A DNA stretch of 64,000 nt. Source: an uncultured Gammaproteobacteria bacterium. GTDB taxonomy: Bacteria > Patescibacteriota > Patescibacteriia > Magasanikbacterales > UBA922. The position numbers and the translations under genes were made by a program. Numbering within the stretch: the stretch's first letter is position 1; each line of letters begins with the position of its first letter. Location: the NCBI GenBank assembly GCA_964597575.1, contig CAZQXB010000001.1, positions 206,792 through 270,791 on the forward strand, written 5' to 3'. Of this stretch, positions 9,880 to 19,766 are shown in pieces. The notes below the pieces were generated by a model. That model was not told the DNA's origin. It worked only from the letters and a program-made list of their open reading frames with translations, and made no database searches.

Positions 9880-12800
9880 ATGCGTGTGTCATTTCGGCAA
9901 ATTATTATCGGTGTTGTGTTAGCTGTTTCTTTCTCTGGGGTAGTTCGGGTTGCAGCTCTTCCCACATGTCCGCTAACTGAACTTCAGCCCTATAAAACTC
10001 AGGAAAGTTCTGCAGTGTGGTACATTTCTTCCGACTGTACAAAGAAAATTATCTCTAGTTCTGATCTCTTTTTTTCACATTTTCCATCGTGGCAGAGCGT
10101 TCGTTTCACTTCAGCGAAAACATTGGAAAGGGTGCCGACCGACGAGCGTACCCCGTTGCCGTGGGGTCCAAGACGAGTGTTCGAGAGTGGCTCTCTTATC
10201 AAAACGGTAGACGACCGCCGTATATTTTTAGTGTTAGGCGGGGATGTATACCCCATTGCCTCAGAGGAGGTTTTTCTCGGTATGGGGTATCAGTTTAATT
10301 GGGTAGAGAGTGTTACCCCGGACACACTCACTCAATACCGCGCGCGCCCAACCATAACTTCTGCGTCCAACGTGCCAGCAGCGTTAGTGTTTAAGTATCC
10401 AGACGCGCCGGATGTGTTTCGTTTGACAAGAGACGCGAGTGGGCAGTTGACTACTCGATACTTAAACACCGTGGAAGAAGTGCGGTCAATTTATCGACTT
10501 GACCGGATTGCCACGCTCCACGAGCGTCCTTCATTTCCTGGGGCAGCATCTACCGTGGTGTCGCGTGAAACAGGGGCGATTGCCAAAGCAACAGAGCAGG
10601 AAGTAAATATTGTAGCGAATGATCCCACGTTCGGTGAACTCGTTGACCCATTTCGTGCCCCAAAGGAAAGTGATGTTCTCCTTCCTCTCACCTTGTTTTA
10701 TCCCGAATTATTCCCAGAGCTTCTTGCCTTTTTACCTCTTCCTGTTCTTCCTCCTCCTCTTCCACCCCCTCCTCCACCGCCAACCGCATTACAGTCCCGT
10801 GTGGTGCTTGCCAATGCCTCTTCGGCCGTTGGGACAAATGTCATGCCTTTTACCGATTATTCAAATAATTGGCCATATGCGAATTTTTTTAAAGCCGCAC
10901 GCCCTTGGATTTCTGGTGAACGAAATGGTTGTTGGGATTGTGTAACTGGTCTTGATCTCGACGAACATGGGTGGGTACGTTCGCTCCAAAGCGGGCGCTC
11001 AAATGGCGGTCATGTAGCCCGTACTCCAATCCTCACCGCGGATTTCGGTTTTCTGTATCCTGGAGGACGGTATACTATTTTATACGAGGGGGAAGGTGTG
11101 ATTCAGTATTCAGGGTCAGGTGTTCTTAATACTGGTTTGTCTCGCCCTGGTCGACATGTGGTTGATGTGACTCCTCGAGAACGAGTTAGTCTTTTTTTGA
11201 CTATTACAGAAACCAATCCGGCTAATTATATTCGAAATATTCGCGTTTTTCCTCCAGGAGGTGCGTGTGCCAATGATCGTACACAGCTCTGTTCGACAAA
11301 TAGTGATTGTGGCGGAACGAATCAGTGTCTTCTTTTCTCTGAACATGAGAATGAAGTGCTGTTTTATCCTCCCTTTTTAGCAAACTCTCGTCACTACAGT
11401 GTGATCCGTTTTATGCAGGCCATGCGTGTGAACGGAGGGGATGTGCAGCGAATAGTGAATGTCGGCGACTATACAGAAATGGAAGACGCGGTATGGTCGA
11501 GAGTTCCTCCAGAAATGATTGCCCGTCTTGGTAATACCCTCCACAGTGATGTGTGGATAAATATCCCAGTGAATGCGTCAGATGCGCTCGTACGTTGGTT
11601 TGCGACACGGCTTGAGGCAACACTTGATCCAGATCGCCGTGTGTATGTTGAATATTCAAACGAAGCTTGGAACCTGGCTTTGCCATATGTAGAAGAACAT
11701 ACCGTTTTAGCAATTCGAGGCTGTCAAAATAATGCGGCACTTCAGGCCGGATGCGATACAGATTCCATGCCCGGAAACGGAGTGTACTGTGAAGGGCACC
11801 CAAGAACGCTTTTTAATCAGTCCTGTCAGCTTGCGGAAAGAGTACAGTTTAGTCAGCGCACCGTCGAAATCGGGCGCATATTTCGTGATGTATTCCATGG
11901 AAGTCCTCGGGTTGTTCGTGTGATGGGATCTCAGGGGGGGAACTCGAGCCTCCACAGTCGTCTCCTTGTTTCAAATGATGCATTTCTTGAAGTAGATGCG
12001 CTAGCGACGAATCCGTATTTTGGAGGTTACTTAGGAAATAGCACGACGGTGGCAAGCTGGACTGTCGATCAGGTATTTCGTGAACTTGAAAGTGTGGCGG
12101 TTCCATTCGCCCTGAGTGAGGTTCAGCGAGATGTTGACTTTCTGCGACAAAACTATCCCCATCTTGACCTTCTGGCGTATGAGGGCGGACAACACTTAGT
12201 TGGGGTCGGGGCACTCCAAGGAAATGATTCACTCATTACTTTGTTTCGCGCGGTGAATCGAGATCCCCGTATGGGAACACTTTATACCCAGCTTCTTCAA
12301 GGGTGGCGGGAGCGAGGTGGAAAGACTTTTGTCCATTTTGCTGACGTGTCTCCATCCACTCAATATGGTCACTTCGGTGCGTTAGAATCACAAAATCAAT
12401 TGCAAATAAGCGCTCCAAAGTATCTTGCGTTGCAGGCGTTTAGTAATGATGTTGCATGCTGGTGGACGAACTGTCAAAACCCAACACTTATTGGTACTGT
12501 TACTGCTTTTGCTCCGCGTCCAGTCCCTACTCCTCCGGGGGTAACACCGCCACCTCTTACCCCGCCTCCGGTCCTTCCGCCTTCACCACCTCCCTCTCTG
12601 GTAGTGCCAAATACGGCTGCCCTTCAGAGGATTTCTGGGTTTGGTGATGAATTCACAAATCGTGACACCGTCTCTCATTGGGTAAACCGCACTATTGCGG
12701 AGGGGGTTCCGTCACAACTATCACGATTTGATGTAAATCAAACCACGCCAGGAAATTTGGTCATGATACCAAATTCCGGAGGAGGTATGGGTTGGAATAA

Positions 12801-14961
12801 TGCCCTTCGGGGTGCCTTTGTGCATAAACACATTACCGGGGACTTTGTGGTGTCGGCCAGACTAAATGTTCATAGTCTAGGTGGTGTGGCAACGGCTCCG
12901 ACAAGGGTATTTAACCTTGGTGGACTTTTGGTTCGAAATCCGAACAGTGCTACTTCGCGTGAAAATTGGATTTTCGTAAGTTCGGGAACCCAAGATTATA
13001 TTGGCTCTGTTGGCACGGCCACGCTAAATACTACGGATAATGTGTCGAGTAATTTTCGAGTAGTGGCAGGGCCTCAGGATGTGGCTTTGCGCATTTGTCG
13101 TCTGGGAAGTACTTTTCGTTTGTATCGTTCTACTGATGGAGAGACAACCTGGATTGAATTGGGCTCATTTGTCCGAACTGATCTTCCAAATGGGCTCCAG
13201 GTTGGACTTTTTAATGCTGCGGGAGAGGTTGGTGCTTCAGATGTGCAGGTTGATGTAGAGTATGTTCGTGCAGGTATTCCGAGAAATCAAGGTGATTGCA
13301 CAGGTCAGCTTGAGGCTGAAACATACCCTCAACCTGTTGGATTAGGAACTATCCTTCCGCCTCCGCCACCACCCCCTGCACCTCCAGGAACCCCACTATC
13401 TCCACCAGTTGCGCCACCACCCCCTGCGCCTACTCCAACGCCACCTCCTGCTGGGTTACCTCTTATTGCTGGTTTTGGTGATGAGTTTGGGAACCAAAGC
13501 ACGTTATCTCACTGGGCGGTTCGAAGTGTTGTGGAAGGAACAGTTTCACAAATGAGTCGTTTTGATATTAACCAGAGTGTTCCTGGTTCTCTTAGTATGG
13601 TTCCATTTGCCGGAACAGCGTGGGTGAATAGTGAGCGAGGGCCGTTTGTTTATAAACACATTACTGGAAATTTCGTTGTTTCGGCTCGAATTAACGCACA
13701 TAGTCTGTCAGGAACTACTGTGGCGCCCGGGCGTACGTTTAATATTGGTGGAATCATGGCAAGAAGCACTGCAAGTCCTTCAACTCGGGAAAATTGGATT
13801 GTGGGCGACACTGGAACGCAACAATCACTCGGTAGCGTTGGAATGGCAGCATTTCAAACAATTGATGGGGTCTCGTTTGGGTATGTTACGAACAGTTCAC
13901 CGCACGATCTGTTAATTCGAATGTGTCGTTTTGATGGTCAATTTCGCATCTATCGATCAATTAATAACGGACAAACATGGTCTCAGACGGCGGCATACCC
14001 AAGAAATGAGCTCGGCGATACGCTCCAGGTAGGTATCTTCGGTGCTGCGGCAGAATTTGGTGCTGCCGATCTTCAGATCGATGTCGACTATATTCGTGCC
14101 GGCATTCCTACAAGTGTAAACGATTGTACTGCTGAGCTTCGTGCCGAAACAAACCCACAACCGATCAGCGAAACATCAGGAGGAGGAACTTCACCACCAA
14201 CCCCAAGTCCGACACCAACCCCTTCTCCAAGTTCGACACCAACCCCTTCTCCAAGTCCGACACCAAGTCCATCACCGTCACCTGTGCCAAATTTTAGTGA
14301 CGAGTTTTCAAATTCTGCTACTATTGCTAACTGGTTCAGTCGTCAACAAACAGAGGGAACCCTCGGTCAGCTTTCAACGTGGACGGTAAATAGTACGGTA
14401 CCTGGAAACATGGTACTCATTCCGTCGCAAAATAATGTAGCGTGGTGGAGTACTTCGGTCGGGCCCCTTATCTATAAAGAGGTAACAGGTGACTTCGTTG
14501 TCTCAACCCGACTAAATGTCCATAGTGTTGGGAATCCATCAATACCTCCCACCCAGGCTATTAATGGTGGAGGGCTCATGATCCGAACACCATCTACCTC
14601 TGGGGGTGATCAAAACTGGGTGGCAGTAAACGTGGGAAATGGAAATGCGCTTGCGATGGTAAATACAACCAATTCTTTTACTCCGTACACCCCGCCACCA
14701 TATACTGTTACTAACCTCAGTCTTCGGATGTGCCGTATCGGGTCATCGGTGCGTCTTTATCGCTCTACTGATGGTGAGGCAAGCTGGGAGCAGGTGAATG
14801 AGTTTACGAGGGCTGACTTCCCTCAGACAGTTCAGGTGGGAATGATGATTTTTGCAGCCAACACCTCCGGAAATCCAGATTTGCAGGTAGATTATGACTA
14901 TATTCGGGCAATTGTCCCTCAGTCGGTGTCTGATTGTACCGCGACCATCGGTCCACAATAG
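9880..14961 (+). CDS. Giant secreted protein A (1693 aa) with a signal peptide and an N-terminal module shared with protein B. A Pro-rich linker is followed by a large beta-sandwich plus putative (beta/alpha)8 glycosidase-like module, then three tandem ConA-like (DUF1349/GH43-C-like) beta-jellyroll repeats separated by PPPP/PTPS linkers.
   Basis: Signal peptide MRVSFRQIIIGVVLAVSFSG. Three repeats start with (I)SGFGDEF / FSDEF and end with DxDYIRAG...SDCT. Poly-Pro linkers (LPPPLPPPPPPP, PPPPPPAPPGTP, TPSPTPTPSPSS). Confidence 0.85.
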   Translation: MRVSFRQIIIGVVLAVSFSGVVRVAALPTCPLTELQPYKTQESSAVWYISSDCTKKIISSSDLFFSHFPSWQSVRFTSAKTLERVPTDERTPLPWGPRRVFESGSLIKTVDDRRIFLVLGGDVYPIASEEVFLGMGYQFNWVESVTPDTLTQYRARPTITSASNVPAALVFKYPDAPDVFRLTRDASGQLTTRYLNTVEEVRSIYRLDRIATLHERPSFPGAASTVVSRETGAIAKATEQEVNIVANDPTFGELVDPFRAPKESDVLLPLTLFYPELFPELLAFLPLPVLPPPLPPPPPPPTALQSRVVLANASSAVGTNVMPFTDYSNNWPYANFFKAARPWISGERNGCWDCVTGLDLDEHGWVRSLQSGRSNGGHVARTPILTADFGFLYPGGRYTILYEGEGVIQYSGSGVLNTGLSRPGRHVVDVTPRERVSLFLTITETNPANYIRNIRVFPPGGACANDRTQLCSTNSDCGGTNQCLLFSEHENEVLFYPPFLANSRHYSVIRFMQAMRVNGGDVQRIVNVGDYTEMEDAVWSRVPPEMIARLGNTLHSDVWINIPVNASDALVRWFATRLEATLDPDRRVYVEYSNEAWNLALPYVEEHTVLAIRGCQNNAALQAGCDTDSMPGNGVYCEGHPRTLFNQSCQLAERVQFSQRTVEIGRIFRDVFHGSPRVVRVMGSQGGNSSLHSRLLVSNDAFLEVDALATNPYFGGYLGNSTTVASWTVDQVFRELESVAVPFALSEVQRDVDFLRQNYPHLDLLAYEGGQHLVGVGALQGNDSLITLFRAVNRDPRMGTLYTQLLQGWRERGGKTFVHFADVSPSTQYGHFGALESQNQLQISAPKYLALQAFSNDVACWWTNCQNPTLIGTVTAFAPRPVPTPPGVTPPPLTPPPVLPPSPPPSLVVPNTAALQRISGFGDEFTNRDTVSHWVNRTIAEGVPSQLSRFDVNQTTPGNLVMIPNSGGGMGWNNALRGAFVHKHITGDFVVSARLNVHSLGGVATAPTRVFNLGGLLVRNPNSATSRENWIFVSSGTQDYIGSVGTATLNTTDNVSSNFRVVAGPQDVALRICRLGSTFRLYRSTDGETTWIELGSFVRTDLPNGLQVGLFNAAGEVGASDVQVDVEYVRAGIPRNQGDCTGQLEAETYPQPVGLGTILPPPPPPPAPPGTPLSPPVAPPPPAPTPTPPPAGLPLIAGFGDEFGNQSTLSHWAVRSVVEGTVSQMSRFDINQSVPGSLSMVPFAGTAWVNSERGPFVYKHITGNFVVSARINAHSLSGTTVAPGRTFNIGGIMARSTASPSTRENWIVGDTGTQQSLGSVGMAAFQTIDGVSFGYVTNSSPHDLLIRMCRFDGQFRIYRSINNGQTWSQTAAYPRNELGDTLQVGIFGAAAEFGAADLQIDVDYIRAGIPTSVNDCTAELRAETNPQPISETSGGGTSPPTPSPTPTPSPSSTPTPSPSPTPSPSPSPVPNFSDEFSNSATIANWFSRQQTEGTLGQLSTWTVNSTVPGNMVLIPSQNNVAWWSTSVGPLIYKEVTGDFVVSTRLNVHSVGNPSIPPTQAINGGGLMIRTPSTSGGDQNWVAVNVGNGNALAMVNTTNSFTPYTPPPYTVTNLSLRMCRIGSSVRLYRSTDGEASWEQVNEFTRADFPQTVQVGMMIFAANTSGNPDLQVDYDYIRAIVPQSVSDCTATIGPQ
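14206..14275. repeat. Tandem roughly 30-bp DNA repeats encoding a (TPSPSP)n linker inside protein A.
   Basis: gacaccaaccccttctccaagt(t/c)c is repeated in tandem with near-identity. Confidence 0.6.
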
Positions 14962-14988
14962 GGCTAAAGAGGGGGGAGCAAGACACTC

Positions 14989-15016
14989 TTGACTTTTTCT
15001 CTTAGTATGGTATAGT
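14989..15016 (+). promoter_or_regulatory. Sigma70-like promoter (TTGACT - 16 nt - TATAGT) upstream of the zinc-ribbon ORF and rplY.
   Basis: ctcTTGACTttttctcttagtatggTATAGTtctg lies about 15 nt before the ATG at 15030. Confidence 0.4.
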
Positions 15017-15029
15017 TCTGCCACCCTTT

Positions 15030-15401
15030 ATGACGGAACAAGATGGCACTCCTCATTCTGAACGTGATGGAGAAAAACCTTCCAAGTTTCTAAAGGACTG
15101 TCCGGTGTGCCAGGCCAAGTTTTCGGAAAAGCATATTCGGATTCTTACAAATACGCCAAAACGAAGATTGCTTCACGCAACCTGCGATGTCTGCCATCAC
15201 GCGCTTCTGTTTGTTCAGATTACAACTGGTGGAGCGAGTGGGGTAATGGGAATCGTGACTGATTTATCCGTCACAGATGTTCGGCGCCTTATGTCGGCCC
15301 CGCCCATCTCCGAGGATGACGTACTTCGTTTTCATCAGGCACTTGAGCATACCGATTTTATCAGTCACATTATTCGCGCCAATCGCGAAACAAAAGTATA
15401 G
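15030..15401 (+). CDS. Hypothetical small protein with a CxxC...CxxC zinc-ribbon.
   Basis: CPVCQAKF ... CDVCHH pairs. No other recognisable motif. Confidence 0.45.
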   Translation: MTEQDGTPHSERDGEKPSKFLKDCPVCQAKFSEKHIRILTNTPKRRLLHATCDVCHHALLFVQITTGGASGVMGIVTDLSVTDVRRLMSAPPISEDDVLRFHQALEHTDFISHIIRANRETKV

Positions 15402-15415
15402 TTTTCACTTATTGT

Positions 15416-16123
15416 ATGTCGTTTTCCATCACACTAAATACCAGAGGGAAGGAATCAGCTGATACTGTTCGAGCTACTGGAAAAATTCCGGCTGTTATTT
15501 ATGGCGCTGGCGGGGATCCCGTTTCAGTGTCGGCACCACTTGTGGCATTTCAAAAATTATTTGATACTGCCGGCACAGCAACGCTGATCGATGTGTCTAT
15601 CGATGCCGGTGCACCAGTCAAAGCCCTTATCCAAGATGTACAGTATGATGCTGTGCGGGGGGTAGCGATCCATGCCGATTTTCGCCGCATTGATATGAAT
15701 AAGCCTATGGAAGCAGAAGTTGAGCTTCGCTTTGTGGGTGAATCTCCAGCGGTAAAAGGTTTGGGTGGTACGTTCGTTGCAGGTCTTGAATCGATCCGAA
15801 TCACCTGTTTGCCAAAGGATTTGGTAAGCCATATTGATGTTGATATTTCAAAAATTGCCACTTTTGACGACACGATTCGTGTGGCTGATCTTGCTCTTGG
15901 GGCTGGTATTACCATTGATCAGGGTACTGATACGGTGGTGGCCAAAGTATTGCCTCCTCTTACAGAGGAGCAGATTAAAGCCATGGAAGAAAGCCAAGTC
16001 GGCGATCTTTCGAAGATTGAAGTCGAGAAGAAGAAAGGTAAAGAGGAAGCAGCTGAAGGTGCTGAGGCTCCAGAAGGAGCAGAAAAAGCTGAGAAGGCTG
16101 ACAAGGGCAAAGAAAAAGCCTAG
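15416..16123 (+). CDS. rplY: Ribosomal protein L25/general stress protein Ctc family, with a Lys/Glu/Ala-rich C-terminal tail.
   Basis: N-terminal L25 fold motifs (RGKESADTVRATGKIPAVIYG ... TLIDVSID ... VQYDAV.G..IHADFRRI). Confidence 0.85.
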   Translation: MSFSITLNTRGKESADTVRATGKIPAVIYGAGGDPVSVSAPLVAFQKLFDTAGTATLIDVSIDAGAPVKALIQDVQYDAVRGVAIHADFRRIDMNKPMEAEVELRFVGESPAVKGLGGTFVAGLESIRITCLPKDLVSHIDVDISKIATFDDTIRVADLALGAGITIDQGTDTVVAKVLPPLTEEQIKAMEESQVGDLSKIEVEKKKGKEEAAEGAEAPEGAEKAEKADKGKEKA

Positions 16124-16150
16124 TCATCACTTCATCACTATACTTTTGCA

Positions 16151-16178
16151 CACTCTCCGGAAGGAGAGTGTTGTTTTT
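16151..16178 (+). terminator. Rho-independent terminator after rplY.
   Basis: CACTCTCC-ggaa-GGAGAGTG perfect hairpin followed by TTGTTTTT. Confidence 0.55.
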
Positions 16179-16217
16179 GAGAGGAAGAAATTTCGTGGTA
16201 TTCTATAGACATTCTCT

Positions 16218-17312
16218 ATGAAGAAAAAAATACCACGCGCAAAACAGGCTACCTATTTTTACGCGCTTTCACTCGTCGTGGGGTTTTGTACCCTGCTTTT
16301 AGCGATCTGGCTTGGGGTGCGATTTTTGGGAAATAAAAAAATAACCAGAACAATACCAGTCGAGCTTCCTTCTATCGTGGAACCAGGAGCTATTTACCCT
16401 CCCTGTGAATTTATGCGCTTACTTGATGGGGCGTGTGTTCAGACTGCTGAAGAAAAGAATCCTGCGCTTATCGGGGTTATGATTGAAAATGCCCGTGATG
16501 CCTGGCCCTTAAGAGGGCTTTCCTCGGCTTCGGTTGTCTATGAAGCGCCAGTTGAGTCGGATATTCCACGATTTTTTGCCCTCTATCCGGTAGCCACTGA
16601 AGTTCTTGCAGTAGGACCAGTACGAAGCGCGCGACCATACTTTGTCTCTTGGGCAAAAGAGTATCCAGGATCAGTGTATGCTCATGTTGGTGGGTCTCCT
16701 GAAGCACTTCAGCTCCTTGAAAATACAGATGAGCTTATTGATTTAAACGAAATGACCAGAGGGTGGTATTTTTGGCGCGACGAAGAGAGGTCTATGCCGC
16801 ATAATACCTATATTTCTTCAAAGCTTTGGCAAAAGGCAGCTCAAACGTATGAAGCAGAAGCTCCGAAAGAGATTGGTTTTGTGTTTGAGCGACGCGAGCC
16901 CTGTCAAAAAAGATGCACCAAAGAAATCTTCATTGATTGGGGGGCTTCAGTTTATGATGTGACGTGGAAGTATGTGACAAGTTCAGGGAAGTATGTGCGA
17001 GTGCAGGGGAGTGGTAGGGAAGCGCACCACCCTGAAGCAGATCTAGAAGCAGGAACTGTTATTATACAAACAGTACCGGTAGCCGTGCTTGATGCCGTCG
17101 GTAGAAAAGGGATTAGCACGGTTGGTACCGGGAGAGCCGAAATCTTTGCTTTTGGTGAGCGTATTGTCGGTACATGGAGAAAAGAAGCAGAGGGAGAACC
17201 GACAGTGTTTGAAGATGCTGGAGGTAAAATAATTTCTCTTGCCCCAGGGCCGGTGTGGGTCGAGGCGGTTTCATCGCGCGTTACGGTTACGTCCTCAATA
17301 AGTGGAGAGTGA
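16218..17312 (+). CDS. DUF3048-family secreted or lipoprotein-like protein (YerB-like).
   Basis: N-terminal TM/signal. The motif ...IENARDAWPLRGLSSASVVYEAPVE...RFFALY... matches my recollection of the DUF3048 core (ENHP..RPQSGL..ADIVYE..VEGGITRF). Confidence 0.6.
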   Translation: MKKKIPRAKQATYFYALSLVVGFCTLLLAIWLGVRFLGNKKITRTIPVELPSIVEPGAIYPPCEFMRLLDGACVQTAEEKNPALIGVMIENARDAWPLRGLSSASVVYEAPVESDIPRFFALYPVATEVLAVGPVRSARPYFVSWAKEYPGSVYAHVGGSPEALQLLENTDELIDLNEMTRGWYFWRDEERSMPHNTYISSKLWQKAAQTYEAEAPKEIGFVFERREPCQKRCTKEIFIDWGASVYDVTWKYVTSSGKYVRVQGSGREAHHPEADLEAGTVIIQTVPVAVLDAVGRKGISTVGTGRAEIFAFGERIVGTWRKEAEGEPTVFEDAGGKIISLAPGPVWVEAVSSRVTVTSSISGE

Positions 17313-18189
17313 TAATTGAAATGTTACCGCAGGAATCACGCCGTACTTGCGTATCTACGATTATTTTTTCTGCACCTGTCTTTTCCTGTTCTCTAACAAA
17401 TGTTACAAATGTATCTTCTTGGCTTTGAAGCATCTCTATAATGGCGGTAATAGAGTGGTGGGGAAAATCTTTGGATAGAGAAAAAAGGTTGGTGACAAAT
17501 GTTCGGTACAGATCGAGTCCATCTGCTCCGCTCACAAGAGCGAGAATAGGTTCGTGATGAATGGAAGCCTCTTCCTGCCAAAGTTGTTTTGGCACATAGG
17601 GTAAGTTGGCGGTGATGAGAATTTCCTGAGATGTTCTCTCTGAGAGAAGTATTTTTTTGACTGGACTCAATAAGTTTCCCCGAAGAAAGGGGAGGGAAAG
17701 GGAGTGTTTTTTTGCATTGATTCGAGCAATACGAATGGCCTTCAAAGAAATGTCCGTTCCCCAGATCTGCAGTCCGTGTGTTTCTTTCGCGAGGGTAATC
17801 GGAATACAGCCACTTCCTGAGCCCACGTCAAAAACAAGTGTGTTTGGGTGCTTCTTAAGGAAGGTGAGCGCCTGTTCAATAAGCAGTTCAGTTTCAGGGC
17901 GAGGAATCAGTACTGATTTGGTGACAAAAAAAGACCGTCCGTAAAATGCCTTTTCCTTTGTAAGGTAGGCGATGGGAACTCCTTGGAGGCGTTGTTTTTG
18001 AAGATACCAAAAATGAATTCTTTTTCGAAAAGCCACCTTTTTTTCCGGATGCGCAATAAGAGTCTCTCGTGAAACTTGAAGAATGTGCGCTAAGAGCATC
18101 TCACGTTCCCCGTAATCTGGAAGAGAGGAGGTAGAAAGTACCCTGAACACGTTATGTGGTCGAGTTAGCCACTTCTTCTTTGGCTGCAT
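17287..18189 (-). CDS. prmC: Release-factor glutamine N5-methyltransferase PrmC/HemK.
   Basis: SAM-binding [15 protein letters not shown] and the catalytic NLPY (NPPY-type) motif. It lies immediately downstream of prfA on the same strand, overlapping it by about 38 nt. The start was chosen at MQPKKKW, but the ORF-track Met at 18225 is also possible. Confidence 0.8.
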   Translation of the reverse strand: MQPKKKWLTRPHNVFRVLSTSSLPDYGEREMLLAHILQVSRETLIAHPEKKVAFRKRIHFWYLQKQRLQGVPIAYLTKEKAFYGRSFFVTKSVLIPRPETELLIEQALTFLKKHPNTLVFDVGSGSGCIPITLAKETHGLQIWGTDISLKAIRIARINAKKHSLSLPFLRGNLLSPVKKILLSERTSQEILITANLPYVPKQLWQEEASIHHEPILALVSGADGLDLYRTFVTNLFSLSKDFPHHSITAIIEMLQSQEDTFVTFVREQEKTGAEKIIVDTQVRRDSCGNISIITLHLLRT

Positions 18190-19261
18190 AGTCCGCAGTG
18201 CGGAGTGCTTCGAGCATGGGCTCAATCTCTCCGTTTAAAATACGTTCAATAGAATTCCAACTTTGGTTAATACGGTGATCCGTGATGCGGTCTTGGGGAA
18301 CGTTGTAGGTACGAATTTTTTCGCTACGATCTCCGGATCCGATCTGAGCTTTGCGCGCTGCATCCATAGCCCCTCGCTGTTTTTCTTGATCAAGTTCAAA
18401 AAGGCGTGCGCGAAGAACCTGCATGGCTTTGTTGCGGTTTTGAAGTTGAGATCGCTCATCTTGGCACTGAACAACAAGCCCTGTTGGAATGTGTGTAATA
18501 CGAACGGCACTCTTGGTAGTATTTACACTCTGACCCCCTTTTCCCCCTGCACAATAGGTGTCGATGCGTAAATCGTTTGTGTTTACCGTAAGCTCAGTTT
18601 CTTCAAGTTCTGGTAAGACGGCGACACTCGCGGTAGAGGTGTGGATACGACCCGCTTTTTCTGTTTCAGGGACACGTTGCACACGATGGACACCCATTTC
18701 ATATTTTAAATATCGGTAGACGTCCTTTCCATCGATCGAGATAACCACTTCCTTGTAGCCGCCAATACCGATTTGGTGCTCATCCAGAAGCGATACTTTC
18801 CAATTTTTCTTTTCCGCGTACCGCATATACATGCGCAGGAGGTCTCCAGCAAAAAGGGCGGCTTCGTCGCCACCTACCCCTGCTCGAATTTCCATAATAA
18901 CGTTTTTGCTATCCATGGGGTCCTTCGGTTCAGTTGCTTTTTGGAGTGCATCGAACGATATAGCATGTGCCGATTCGAGTTCAGCGAGTTCAGCCTCGAT
19001 CATGGCGACGAGTTCCGGGTTGGTTTCTTCAGTGCGAAGTTTTTTTGTGGCCTCAAGGTTTTTTTCAAGTAACGCAAATTCCCGCACTTGTTCTGCGAGT
19101 GGGCGAAGGTCGGCATATTCCCGGGAGACTTTAGCAAATTGCTCATTATTATTGGCTGCCCCGGGTTTTGCAAGAGCCTCTTCAAGCGCTTCAAATTCTT
19201 TGAGAATGTGGGAGAATTTTTCGAGCATAGGAGTAAGAGTAGTATACCTGAATTCAGACAA
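18152..19261 (-). CDS. prfA: Peptide chain release factor 1.
   Basis: GGQ motif ([24 protein letters not shown]) and the RF1-type domain order. Classic prfA-prmC arrangement. Confidence 0.95.
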   Translation of the reverse strand: MSEFRYTTLTPMLEKFSHILKEFEALEEALAKPGAANNNEQFAKVSREYADLRPLAEQVREFALLEKNLEATKKLRTEETNPELVAMIEAELAELESAHAISFDALQKATEPKDPMDSKNVIMEIRAGVGGDEAALFAGDLLRMYMRYAEKKNWKVSLLDEHQIGIGGYKEVVISIDGKDVYRYLKYEMGVHRVQRVPETEKAGRIHTSTASVAVLPELEETELTVNTNDLRIDTYCAGGKGGQSVNTTKSAVRITHIPTGLVVQCQDERSQLQNRNKAMQVLRARLFELDQEKQRGAMDAARKAQIGSGDRSEKIRTYNVPQDRITDHRINQSWNSIERILNGEIEPMLEALRTADYAAKEEVANSTT

Positions 19262-19279
19262 AGATGTTTACAATAGAAA

Positions 19280-19308
19280 AAGCAGACCCCAAACGGGAGG
19301 TCTGCCTT
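19280..19308 (-). terminator. Hairpin terminator between rpmE and prfA (minus strand).
   Basis: GCAGACC-tcccgtttgg-GGTCTGC stem followed by TTTTTCTATTG on the minus strand. Confidence 0.45.
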
Positions 19309-19322
19309 CATCTGCGGCGTAG

Positions 19323-19640
19323 CTACGCGGCCTGCTTCTTTTTGGTTGCACGGACCGCTTGTTTGGCTTTTTTACCTTTACGAGCATTCGCTGCGTCTTT
19401 CACCTGAGTAAGCTTTTCTTGGAACTTCTCAACGCGGCGAGCTGTGTCTACAAGCATTTGTTTCCCGGTATAAAACGGATGAGATGCTGAAGAGATTTCG
19501 ATGCGGTAGACATAATGCTTTACCCCATTTACCTCACGAGTTTCGTCAGAGGTAAGTGTTGAGGTGGTCACAAATTCGACCCCACATGAAGAGTCTACGA
19601 AGATAATTGGGTTGGTTTTTGGATGAATCCCATCTTTCAT
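19323..19640 (-). CDS. rpmE: Ribosomal protein L31.
   Basis: MKDGIHPKTNP...VCSS...HPFYTGKQ, a typical L31 sequence. The start was set at MKDGIHPK (an upstream in-frame Met in the ORF track is unlikely). Confidence 0.85.
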   Translation of the reverse strand: MKDGIHPKTNPIIFVDSSCGVEFVTTSTLTSDETREVNGVKHYVYRIEISSASHPFYTGKQMLVDTARRVEKFQEKLTQVKDAANARKGKKAKQAVRATKKKQAA

Positions 19641-19661
19641 ATATAAAAAGCTAGTGGGCAC

Positions 19662-19690
19662 ACTATAGCACAGGGTTTTTCTCCTGTCAA
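19662..19690 (-). promoter_or_regulatory. Sigma70-like promoter for rpmE (minus strand: TTGACA - 17 nt - TATAGT).
   Basis: Reverse complement reads aTTGACAggagaaaaaccctgtgcTATAGTgtgc. Confidence 0.4.
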
Positions 19691-19715
19691 TACGCCCTTC
19701 CCTAGAGAGGGGGGC

Positions 19716-19744
19716 TTGCCAAAAACCGCTTCCCATGGTACAAT
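19716..19744 (+). promoter_or_regulatory. Sigma70-like promoter for secG (TTGCCA - 17 nt - TACAAT), divergent from the rpmE promoter.
   Basis: cTTGCCAaaaaccgcttcccatggTACAATtcg lies about 20 nt upstream of the secG ATG. Confidence 0.4.
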
Positions 19745-19766
19745 TCGTTCATATCAATTTTCTTCT

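Noticed and set aside
14160-14290. Short regular repeats that might suggest a CRISPR array
   Set aside because: The repeats are about 30-bp tandem units without spacers, lie inside an uninterrupted ORF and encode a TPSPSP linker. No cas genes are present.
15550-15915. Minus-strand 121-aa ORF inside rplY
   Set aside because: It is antisense to a clearly recognisable L25 coding sequence.
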